NCBI GenBank assembly: GCA_903908245.1
Contig: CAIVRE010000002.1
Coordinates: 26,761 to 90,760, forward strand
Reading direction: 5' to 3'
DNA from: Candidatus Omnitrophota bacterium
Lineage (GTDB): Bacteria; Omnitrophota; Gorgyraeia; Zapsychrales; Fredricksoniimonadaceae
DNA length: 64,000 nt
Under the pieces are notes generated by a model. The model did not search any database. It saw only the letters and a list, made by a program, of their open reading frames with translations, and was not told the DNA's origin. The translations under genes were made by a program, and so were the position numbers. This document shows, piece by piece, positions 56,540-64,000 of this stretch. Numbering within the stretch: the stretch's first letter is position 1; each line of letters begins with the position of its first letter.

Positions 56540-57263
56540 GTCCGCCCTCCCCGTTCTCTCCCATCAGCCTGGATTGGCCGCTGGATTCCCCCATCTGATC
56601 CGGCTCGATGAACTCCGGCATGAATTGTGTTTCCTTGAATGGTGCCTCAAGCGCCCCCTCGGCAACCGGTTCGACCGCAGCAGCCAAAGCCTCCGTGACC
56701 TGCGTGGAAGGCACTTCATTCTCCCTGGCCATAAGCGCAGGGAATTCTTCCAGCTTCGGCAAGTCTTCGAGCGAACGCAAACCGAAATATTCCAGGAATT
56801 GCGTGGTCGTACCGTACACATACGGCCGGCCGGGGACTTCCTTGCGGCCCGCGATCTTGATCAAACCCTTGTTAAGCAAATGCATCACCACGCCATCCGA
56901 ATTCACCCCGCGGATCACCTCCACATCCGTGCGCGAAACCGGCTGTTTATAGGCGATGATCGCCAGCGACTCCAGCGCCGGGCGGGAAAGCTTCTCTTTA
57001 TGGCGCGTCTTGTAAAATTCACGGATATACCCGGCATAGACCTGGCTGGATAACATCTGATACCCGTTCGCGATCTCGGCGATAACAATGCCCTTGCCCG
57101 CGCCGGAATAATCCGCCATCAGGGCTTTGACAGCTTCTTTGAGGTCCGCGCCCTGCGACCCGGGGATCGCATCCTTCAGCTGGTCGATGGTCACAGGCTT
57201 TTCACTCACGAACAGAAGCGCTTCTGCCGCGCCCTTGAGATGATCTAACTGGATCCCGTCCAT
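56514..57263 (-). CDS. scpB: SMC-Scp complex subunit ScpB
   Basis: EALLF, LSRPALESLAIIAYKQP, IRGV, GRP..YGTT..FL..FGL.SL.DLP. Confidence 0.95.
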   Translation of the reverse strand: MDGIQLDHLKGAAEALLFVSEKPVTIDQLKDAIPGSQGADLKEAVKALMADYSGAGKGIVIAEIANGYQMLSSQVYAGYIREFYKTRHKEKLSRPALESLAIIAYKQPVSRTDVEVIRGVNSDGVVMHLLNKGLIKIAGRKEVPGRPYVYGTTTQFLEYFGLRSLEDLPKLEEFPALMARENEVPSTQVTEALAAAVEPVAEGALEAPFKETQFMPEFIEPDQMGESSGQSRLMGENGEGGHGPDAPAQ

Positions 57264-57889
57264 TATTGCGCCGCCTTTTGTGAATAAATGGTGTTCAACA
57301 ATTCTTCGGTGGAAGCGATCGCGCCGTTACGTTCCAGCGCCTTTGCGATCATCGCCTCGGCCTCGGCCTTTTTATACTGCAACTGCATCAGCACCTCGAC
57401 CGCCTCATCCTTAAAAGCCGATGCCGTTGATATATCTCTTTTGACCCCGGTATCCGGGATGAGCCCGAACCGGCTCACCTTGCCCTGCAGCTTCGCAATG
57501 ATATCCCGCGCTTTCTGCTGGCCGATCCCGGGTAATGTTTTCAAATACGCGATATCGCCCCTGTCAATAGCGGCCGCGATCTCGCTGATGGAACGGTCCA
57601 GTGCTTTCACTGCGGCCCGTGGGCCTATCCCCGACACCGAAATGAACTGCAAAAAGAAATCTTTTTCAAGGTCATTGAGGAACCCGACCAGAATGGGTGT
57701 CGCGCTTGAAGGGGTCATCTGATAATAATGGTGCGTGACCAGCGTAATGGTGCCGTCCGCGGCCTTGTGCGCGTTCAGCCGCTGGGCCACCGATGCGGGG
57801 ATGATCACCTCATAAAAAATCCCGCCGGCATCCAGGACAACGGCGAGATCTTTAAGCTCAGCGACTTTACCTTTAACTCGGGCGATCAT
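57263..57889 (-). CDS. ruvA: Holliday junction branch migration protein RuvA
   Basis: MIARVKG, VSGIGPRAA, LPGIGQQKA HhH motifs. Confidence 0.93.
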   Translation of the reverse strand: MIARVKGKVAELKDLAVVLDAGGIFYEVIIPASVAQRLNAHKAADGTITLVTHHYYQMTPSSATPILVGFLNDLEKDFFLQFISVSGIGPRAAVKALDRSISEIAAAIDRGDIAYLKTLPGIGQQKARDIIAKLQGKVSRFGLIPDTGVKRDISTASAFKDEAVEVLMQLQYKKAEAEAMIAKALERNGAIASTEELLNTIYSQKAAQ

Positions 57890-58368
57890 TTCAACACTCG
57901 GCTCATTGACGCATGCCCCATCGCGAGCGCCAGCGCGTCGGACGCGTCCAGCGTAAGGCGTGCGGGATCAATATTAAGAAAACCTGCCACCACGCGCTGC
58001 GTCTGAAGCTTGGTGGCATTCCCGTTGCCCACCACCGCCTTGCGAACGCGTTTGACGCTCAATTCCACCAGTTCGATATTCTGTTCGGCACATACCAGGC
58101 AGATCACGCCGCGGGTATGCCCCATCACGGACGCTGTTACCGGATGCGCGTGATGCGAATATATTTTCTCAAGCACCAGGACATCGGGCTTGCAAGACTT
58201 GACAATATCCGTCAAATACCGGTGTATCTTAAAGAGCTTCTGCGCCAGGATGTCTTTGGGGTTCGGCGTAATGGTCCCCACATCCACCGCCTTCGGCCGG
58301 CCGCCTTGCACATCAACCACGCCATATCCCGTGGCTTTCAGCCCCGGATCAACGCCCATCACTCTCAT
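57886..58368 (-). CDS. ruvC: Crossover junction endodeoxyribonuclease RuvC
   Basis: MGVDPG...TGYG, GNGNATK.Q, DASDALALA. Confidence 0.96.
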   Translation of the reverse strand: MRVMGVDPGLKATGYGVVDVQGGRPKAVDVGTITPNPKDILAQKLFKIHRYLTDIVKSCKPDVLVLEKIYSHHAHPVTASVMGHTRGVICLVCAEQNIELVELSVKRVRKAVVGNGNATKLQTQRVVAGFLNIDPARLTLDASDALALAMGHASMSRVLK

Positions 58369-58370
58369 TA

Positions 58371-59120
58371 TTACTCGCCCAGCGCGGCCATCTCTTCATC
58401 AGAGATGTCGAAATTGGCGTAAACATTCTGCACATCTTCGTTTTCTTCCAGGACCTCGACCAACGCGAGGATATTCTTGGCCTCCGGGCCCTTGACTTCT
58501 TTTAACATCGTCGGGATCATGGTGACCTCGGCCGACTTCATTGCCACACCCTTCTTCTCAAGCGCGCTGCGCACTCCTTCAAACGCAATAGGCTCTGTCG
58601 TGACCTCATAAACATCGCCTTCGATCTTCATATCCTCAGCGCCAGCCTCCAATACCAGGTCCATCAAAGCACCCTCTTCGATCGTTTTGGTCTCGATCAC
58701 AATAAGCCCTTTTTTATTAAAAAGGAACGCCACGGAACCGGGAGTCGCCAGCGCGCCATTCTTGCGGGTCAGCGCAGTACGGACCTCGGCTGTTGTCCGG
58801 TTCTTGTTGTCGGTCAAACCTTCAATGAAAAGGGCTACTCCGCCGGGAGCGTAGGCATCAAAAGTAAAGGATTCATAAATAACCCCTTCACCGCCGCCGA
58901 CACCCTTCTTGATAGCGTTCTCGACATTGGAACCAGGCATGCCGATGCCGCGCGCGCGGGTCATCGCCATACGCAAACGCGGATTCGTATCCGGGTCTCC
59001 GCCGCCTTCTTTCGCGGCCGTCGTGATCTCGCGCGCCACCTTGGTGAACATGGCTCCGCGCTTCGAGTCCGTGATCGCTTTCTTATGTTTGATCTTTGCC
59101 CATTTTGAGTGACCTGACAT
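58371..59120 (-). CDS. yebC: YebC/PmpR family protein
   Basis: MSGHSKWAKIKHKK, TDNKNRT, EDVQNVYAN. Confidence 0.97.
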   Translation of the reverse strand: MSGHSKWAKIKHKKAITDSKRGAMFTKVAREITTAAKEGGGDPDTNPRLRMAMTRARGIGMPGSNVENAIKKGVGGGEGVIYESFTFDAYAPGGVALFIEGLTDNKNRTTAEVRTALTRKNGALATPGSVAFLFNKKGLIVIETKTIEEGALMDLVLEAGAEDMKIEGDVYEVTTEPIAFEGVRSALEKKGVAMKSAEVTMIPTMLKEVKGPEAKNILALVEVLEENEDVQNVYANFDISDEEMAALGE

Positions 59121-59165
59121 TGCACTGCCTCCGTTATGCTTTTAATAAAAACTTTAAACAAAAAA

Positions 59166-59530
59166 GAATCAAACCATTTAAGCCGAGTTCTGTTCTTCCC
59201 GTTAAAGGAAGGACGGCCATCTGACTTACTCCCCCGGTTGCCCGTGGGACTCTTGCGGCCTACCCGAAGACACGAAGCGGGTCACCTCGCTCCTTTTTGC
59301 CAAAGGACGTCTTCTATTTGGCCTTGCTCCATGCAGAGATTGCCGCGTTTCACTTCCTCCGCCCGAAAGCGGATTCTTCGTCGCTGTGGCTCTGATCCCG
59401 AAGGAAGCTCCTACAATTTCTCATAGAAAAGCTTCCGTAGGTCCCGGATTAGCGGGATGCATCACCCTCTGGAGCTCGGACTTTCCTCCCCGATGAAAAA
59501 TACATCAGGGCGGCCGTCATGGCTTGATCC
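59166..59530 (-). ncRNA. rnpB: RNase P RNA (bacterial type A)
   Basis: GAGGAAAGTCCGAGCTCC near 5' end and AACAGAACTCGGCTTA near 3' end (P4 pseudoknot); P1 helix GGATCAAGCCAT / ATGGTTTGATTC; T-tract downstream. Confidence 0.95.
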
Positions 59531-59929
59531 TTTATCTTTTTTAAGAGCGGATGTTGCCAGGCGGTCGGCTTGCGCGTTCTCCTCCCGCGGCACCACTTTA
59601 CATTCCACTTTCCTGAAATTCTTGAGCAACGCCATCGCCTCTTCATAAAGAGGCTTCATGTTCGGGTGCTTGACCTTGTAATCGCCCTTCAGCTGAAAAT
59701 ACAACAACTGGCTGTCGGTGCGCAGCTGGACATGCTCGGCGCCCAGCGTTTTTGCCTCCTGAAGCCCGCGGATGAACGCGCGGTATTCGGCGATATTATT
59801 GGTGGCCTGCCCGATCGCTTCGGAAACTTCACGGACCACCACGCCATTTTCCGTAATATGGACCCCGATCCCCGCCGGGCCGGGATTACCGCTGCAAGCT
59901 CCGTCCGAAAAGATCGTGAAAACCCTCAT
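59462..59929 (-). CDS. rnhA: Ribonuclease HI family protein
   Basis: FSDGACSGNPG, TNNIAEY, TDSQL, NAQADRLA (D-E-D-D); start ATG 59929; 3' end overlaps rnpB. Confidence 0.93.
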   Translation of the reverse strand: MRVFTIFSDGACSGNPGPAGIGVHITENGVVVREVSEAIGQATNNIAEYRAFIRGLQEAKTLGAEHVQLRTDSQLLYFQLKGDYKVKHPNMKPLYEEAMALLKNFRKVECKVVPREENAQADRLATSALKKDKGSSHDGRPDVFFIGEESPSSRG

Positions 59930-59930
59930 T

Positions 59931-60656
59931 TTACAGGTCTTCCTGAAGGTATTGCAGGCGCGCGCAGATCTCGCAGCGCACCAGCACATCGTACATCTTG
60001 ATCTTGTTGATCACCTGGGCAGGAAGATGCATGAAACACCCGCCGCAGGCATTATTAACGATCGGGACGATCGCAACCCCGTCACGATTCTCGACGATCC
60101 GCTCGTAAAGCGCCAGCGGTTCCTTTTCAACCGTGACCATGACCTCGCGGCGGCGCGATTCCAGCCCGCTGGAATCCTCGGTCAACTTCTGGACCGCGGC
60201 ATCGACCTTCTCCTTTTCGGCAAGATACTTTTTCTCCTCGCCGTCAACAACGATCTTTTCCGCATCGATCTGCTTTAAGACCTTCTCGGATTCCTCCATC
60301 AATTTCAGGACATCTTCCTCGATCGCCGCCTTGTCGACCTTCATGTTCTCGATCTCAAAAAGGCGGGCCTGGTACTCCCTGTTGCTCTTAAGCTGCATCA
60401 ACGATCCGTCCGCCTTGATGATATCCTGTTCTTTGGATTTAAGGTCGAGCTCCTTGGCCTTGCGCGCGAGTTCAAGTTCTTTCGCGCGGGCTTCAAACTT
60501 GTGCAGCAGCTCTTTCTTGTTATCAAAGTGCAGCTTGATCTGGGCAAGCTCTTCCGGCTTCTGACGGATCTCACGGCGGAAAGCGAACAACTCCTCATCA
60601 ATCTTCTGGATCGCAACAAGCTTGCGGATAACTTCCTTTACATTCTGAGCGACCAC
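59931..60656 (-). CDS. Coiled-coil protein with C4-type zinc ribbon (DUF164/CT398-like)
   Basis: Long coiled coil, YERI, CGGC...CEIC.R.QY; usual neighbour of RNase HI. Confidence 0.9.
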   Translation of the reverse strand: MVAQNVKEVIRKLVAIQKIDEELFAFRREIRQKPEELAQIKLHFDNKKELLHKFEARAKELELARKAKELDLKSKEQDIIKADGSLMQLKSNREYQARLFEIENMKVDKAAIEEDVLKLMEESEKVLKQIDAEKIVVDGEEKKYLAEKEKVDAAVQKLTEDSSGLESRRREVMVTVEKEPLALYERIVENRDGVAIVPIVNNACGGCFMHLPAQVINKIKMYDVLVRCEICARLQYLQEDL

Positions 60657-60708
60657 GATCTGCCTTTCGGGTGAACAATTAATGCTTTGTTATTCTAAAG
60701 AAAAAAGA

Positions 60709-60786
60709 TGGTGGACACAGAAGGACTTGAACCTTCGACCTCTGCCATGTGAGGGCAACGCTCTAACCAAACTGAGCTATGTGTCC
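60709..60786 (-). tRNA. tRNA-Val (CAC)
   Basis: GGACACATAGCTCAGTTTGGTTAGAGCGTTGCCCTCACATGGCAGAGGTCGAAGGTTCAAGTCCTTCTGTGTCCACCA; CCA encoded. Confidence 0.96.
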
Positions 60787-60813
60787 ACGAAATTGAAGAA
60801 ATCTTTTCAAAAC

Positions 60814-60887
60814 TGGGCCCACCAGGACTCGAACCTGGGACCAAGAGATTATGAGTCTCCTGCTCTAACCGACTGAGCTATAGGCCC
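60814..60887 (-). tRNA. tRNA with CAT anticodon, most likely tRNA-Ile2 (lysidine)
   Basis: GGGCCTATAGCTCAGTCGGTTAGAGCAGGAGACTCATAATCTCTTGGTCCCAGGTTCGAGTCCTGGTGGGCCCA; resembles ileX-type tRNAs, lacks initiator features. Confidence 0.9.
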
Positions 60888-60916
60888 GAAGTTTTTTGCC
60901 CAAAAAATGTCCTAAA

Positions 60917-60945
60917 AGCATATCACAGCGGCTTTATATTTTCAA
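60917..60945 (-). promoter_or_regulatory. Putative sigma70 promoter of the tRNA-Ile2/Val operon
   Basis: TTGAAA-N17-TATGCT with extended -10 TG. Confidence 0.6.
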
Positions 60946-61036
60946 CGAACAATATTCCAGGCAGCCTGACACGACATTCTTGGTGAATGCCGTGTCAGTG
61001 CCCGAAGATCAGGCAATTTCTTTCTTGGACGGGAAT

Positions 61037-63841
61037 TTAAAAAACAAGGCTCTGGATCGGCACAATGCTCCGGATAATGGGTGTAAGGCCGGTGAAATCC
61101 CCTTTCCGGAACTGCGCGATCATTGCCGGGTCGAATTGCATCAGGACCGCATTGCCGGTCTCGGCCAGGTCCATTTTCCCGGCATTCAGGTCAATACCAC
61201 CCACCGCATTCTCGGCAGGAGCGGCAAGAACGACCTGTTTGTTCATAAGCAAACCGGTAAAAGGCACTTTGTCCGCAAAAACCAACGAAGGGATCCGGTC
61301 ACCAACGACTTTCTGATACGCGGCCTTCTCTCCATCAGTCATCAGGGCGCTGGTCGCATAGACGTGCACCTGTCCAAGATCTTCCGGCGAAAACGTATCC
61401 GCCATCCATCCAACCAGGTCAGGACCGTTAACCCCGGGTCCACCCATATCTGTATCAGTAATAACCGCGGCAAGGCGGGCGCGGGCATCTGCCGTTCCAA
61501 GGAAGTCCTGTGCTTCCTTCATGTTGCTGACTATCACTATCTTGACTTGGAAGTCGGAATAGTTCGCTTCAATGACCAACTCCAGCATATCCCGTACTTG
61601 TTCATCACCATCAACAACAAGGACCGTTCTACGTGCGACCTTTTCTGCAGGATCGTAAGAATTGATCCTTCCCGCGACACCCGTGTTCTTAGCCCGGGCG
61701 AAAGAAGCCCCTTTTAACGCGGCCAATTTCTCGGCAACGAATGCCCCCAGCCACGGAAGGTCTTTCAGGCGCTGATCATTACTATAAAAGTCCCCATGCC
61801 CGGTCACCCGGCCATCCTGAAAAGTCAGGCTGACATATCCTTTATAATACTGCTGCTCCTCATTGGCCGCCTGTTCGGCCGGCCGGACAATAATATCATA
61901 AATAATATTACCGTCTTTCAACGAATCAACAGTACCGGAACTGATCCTGAAAATAACATCAAAAGCCTCGGCAGAACTGAACACCCGGGTATCGATCCGG
62001 CCGCCTTCCTGGACAAGGGCCGAACGGCGTATGGCCTGCTGCTCGGCTTCCGGATAAGACAATTTCTTGCTCCACCCGAACCGGGCGACCAGCTCTCCGC
62101 CGCGCAAAGTCTGTTCCCATTCACCCACAACTTTCTCGGACGGATCCGCCACAACTTCAATGCGCTCGGGATGCTCCTTGGCAGTCAGCTCGAAACGGTA
62201 TGTCTTCGCCGGCATGTTCTTGTCGCTAATGAAAATAACTTCCGGCTGCGGCTTGTGATAAACAACTTTATATTTCTTCCCCTGACGGACAAAGGCCTGC
62301 GCGTTGGCAATAGCCTCATCCAGGCGCTCCGTTGAAAAGGCCGCCAGCCAGAACGCATTCCCCCACCCCCCCAAAGACTTGTCAGGATCATTCTCAATGA
62401 TCGCGTCAGACGGTAAACTCTCTTTGGCGAAAGCATACCTGGCCTTGACCTCCGGATCATTAAGGAGCGCCGCACGCCCGGAAACAACCTGCCGTTCCAC
62501 ATCCCGCGCGATCGCAAAAACATCAACCGCCTTCGCGGCCGCATCAGGGCCGTCCGCTTCACGCCGCTCCGCCAGGCCGGGTAATGTCCCCTTTTCGGCC
62601 ATTCGCGCCAACCGCTCGTCCCTGCGGGCTGTTTCCATACGGCGGCGATCCCCGGCATTGGCCAATGCCTCAGGGTCCACATTCGGCCGCCGGATGGCGC
62701 GCCGTGAAGCGTCCATTGGAGCAACCTCCACCTCAACATTAACAAGGTCCCCGGCCTTCGCGGCCGCATCGCCCGGCGCCTGCGCAAAAGAAACATCCGA
62801 CGGCTTCACCACACCGCCGGAAAAATACTTGCGCGGAACAACATCCCCCGATGCCTGGTCCACCTCTTCCTTGATGTAATTGAACGCCCCCTTCTTGAAG
62901 GCTTCCACATACCTCAGGTATATCTGCTGCGGATCGATCTTCCCGCCGCGCTCGATCCCGGCCATTTTGTTCTTGTCCGCGTAAACCTGGGACAACAGCG
63001 CCGCTTTTAAATTCTTCTTGTACCATGTTGCCAGGATCATGCTGTGGAAGATCTGCCGCAAGACCGCAAAATTCTTTCCGGCATTGACCTCTTTCTCGAG
63101 CTCCGGAAGCACGATCTCACGAATGATCTGCTTGGAGATCTCGGACACATCCTTCTCCGGCTTGTCTCCGGCGCCAGGGCGTCCCGCTTCGGCTTTCTGC
63201 ATGGCAAGATAATCCGACTCAAGCATGACCTTCAAATGACTGTTCGCAACATAGGCCGTATTCCCCCGGACATAGACCGCCGCACTATCGGCGGTTACCC
63301 AAACCTTGTTAAAAACATCCATTGGGACATCGGTCACTCCGTACTCTTTACGGGCGCGCTCGTAAACACGGGCCCAGAAAGTCCTGCCAAGCTCTTTTTC
63401 AGGATAAATAAGTGAAGACGTGATCTGTTTAAGAAGATAATCCTGGGCGAGCATATCCCGGCCCATCGCGGTTTGCCCCAATTCCTCAGAGACGATCCTG
63501 TCGGATTCATAAGGCGAAAGGTTCACCCACTGGTCCTTGTCCGGGATGGTCATGGATGCCAGAAAATACTTGACGAGCTCCTGGGATTCCTGCGCCAGCC
63601 GCGGATCCTCCCCGTTGGCCGAAAGGCCGGTATTACCGGTATCAACAATGAAATTGAACAGGAACGGATCTTCGGGATGGACCGTAATGCCCTTGAGAAT
63701 GACCGGAACGAACGCCGCGCTTTGGCTGACCAGCGTCCCCGGTTCAGGAAGGATCATGCCCTGGGCATAGGACAACTCGGGCCCGAAAGACAACAAAAGG
63801 ACCAACAACAAAGAAAGGCAGCGACGCAGAGGATTTAACAT
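61037..63841 (-). CDS. Exported modular protein: N-terminal domain (~350 aa), variable cargo including a receiver-like domain, C-terminal GGIDLN motif
   Basis: 934-aa ORF; signal peptide; LKGITVHPEDPFLFNFIVDTG...KYFLASMTIP...WVNLSPYE...PRKYFSGG; DAAAKA linkers; VLVVDGD...VITDTDM...ATS...DK receiver-like segment; VGGIDLN...GLTPIIRSIVPI end. Confidence 0.85.
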   Translation of the reverse strand: MLNPLRRCLSLLLVLLLSFGPELSYAQGMILPEPGTLVSQSAAFVPVILKGITVHPEDPFLFNFIVDTGNTGLSANGEDPRLAQESQELVKYFLASMTIPDKDQWVNLSPYESDRIVSEELGQTAMGRDMLAQDYLLKQITSSLIYPEKELGRTFWARVYERARKEYGVTDVPMDVFNKVWVTADSAAVYVRGNTAYVANSHLKVMLESDYLAMQKAEAGRPGAGDKPEKDVSEISKQIIREIVLPELEKEVNAGKNFAVLRQIFHSMILATWYKKNLKAALLSQVYADKNKMAGIERGGKIDPQQIYLRYVEAFKKGAFNYIKEEVDQASGDVVPRKYFSGGVVKPSDVSFAQAPGDAAAKAGDLVNVEVEVAPMDASRRAIRRPNVDPEALANAGDRRRMETARRDERLARMAEKGTLPGLAERREADGPDAAAKAVDVFAIARDVERQVVSGRAALLNDPEVKARYAFAKESLPSDAIIENDPDKSLGGWGNAFWLAAFSTERLDEAIANAQAFVRQGKKYKVVYHKPQPEVIFISDKNMPAKTYRFELTAKEHPERIEVVADPSEKVVGEWEQTLRGGELVARFGWSKKLSYPEAEQQAIRRSALVQEGGRIDTRVFSSAEAFDVIFRISSGTVDSLKDGNIIYDIIVRPAEQAANEEQQYYKGYVSLTFQDGRVTGHGDFYSNDQRLKDLPWLGAFVAEKLAALKGASFARAKNTGVAGRINSYDPAEKVARRTVLVVDGDEQVRDMLELVIEANYSDFQVKIVIVSNMKEAQDFLGTADARARLAAVITDTDMGGPGVNGPDLVGWMADTFSPEDLGQVHVYATSALMTDGEKAAYQKVVGDRIPSLVFADKVPFTGLLMNKQVVLAAPAENAVGGIDLNAGKMDLAETGNAVLMQFDPAMIAQFRKGDFTGLTPIIRSIVPIQSLVF

Positions 63842-64000
63842 TATATTTCCTTATGTGTTTGGTTTTTTAAATACTGCCACTAATAACTATTACATAATGG
63901 AAAATATAACATATGAATCGGCATTCTGCCATGTGGGAGGAAAAATCGGCTTCAAACATCAGCCATTCATTAACGGATGACCTGGAACACCTTATGGATG

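Noticed and set aside
60814-60887. tRNA-CAT as initiator tRNA-fMet
   Set aside because: It has a paired G1-C72 and lacks the three consecutive G-C pairs in the anticodon stem; it fits Ile2 better
60709-63841. Genomic island integrated at the tRNA-Val/Ile genes
   Set aside because: No integrase or duplicated tRNA 3' end is visible; the modular gene lies 5' of the tRNAs, beyond their promoter

Overview
64 kb of bacterial chromosome in which every credible gene lies on the minus strand. Most of it is housekeeping: a partial rpoC, rpoB-rplL-rplJ-rplA-rplK-nusG-secE-tRNA-Trp-rpmG-tRNA-Thr, tyrS, rpsA, plsC, PGM/PMM, nadD, proAB, obgE, rplU, RNase E/G, rodA, plsY, a pgsA-like gene, lepAB, cmk, tyrA, aroF, hisC, pheA, scpB, ruvAC, yebC, rnpB, RNase HI and tRNA-Val/Ile2. 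It also carries a small sulfur-assimilation module (Rrf2, MetY, YezD, DUF3034-like porin) and a type IV pilus/T2SS-like locus (pilMNOPQ, pilin, pilC, two tandem PilB ATPases bracketed by two stand-alone MshEN-type proteins). Gene content and protein style suggest Candidatus Omnitrophota (PVC superphylum); this is inference, not a database result. Best leads: (1) a ~85-90 nt structured leader in three copies at a fixed distance upstream of the RBS of the pilin, RNase E/G and PGM/PMM genes, with G-U-compatible variation on the mRNA strand; (2) a 934-aa exported modular protein with an apparently conserved N-terminal domain, repeat-delimited cargo (including a receiver-like domain) and a C-terminal GGIDLN motif; (3) the double-PilB/stand-alone MshEN architecture; (4) an RNase HI ORF that reads into the RNase P RNA gene; (5) two families of REP/MITE-like palindromes; (6) several conserved operon members missing at their usual positions (tuf, rpmA, ruvB, scpA, aroA, ispH).
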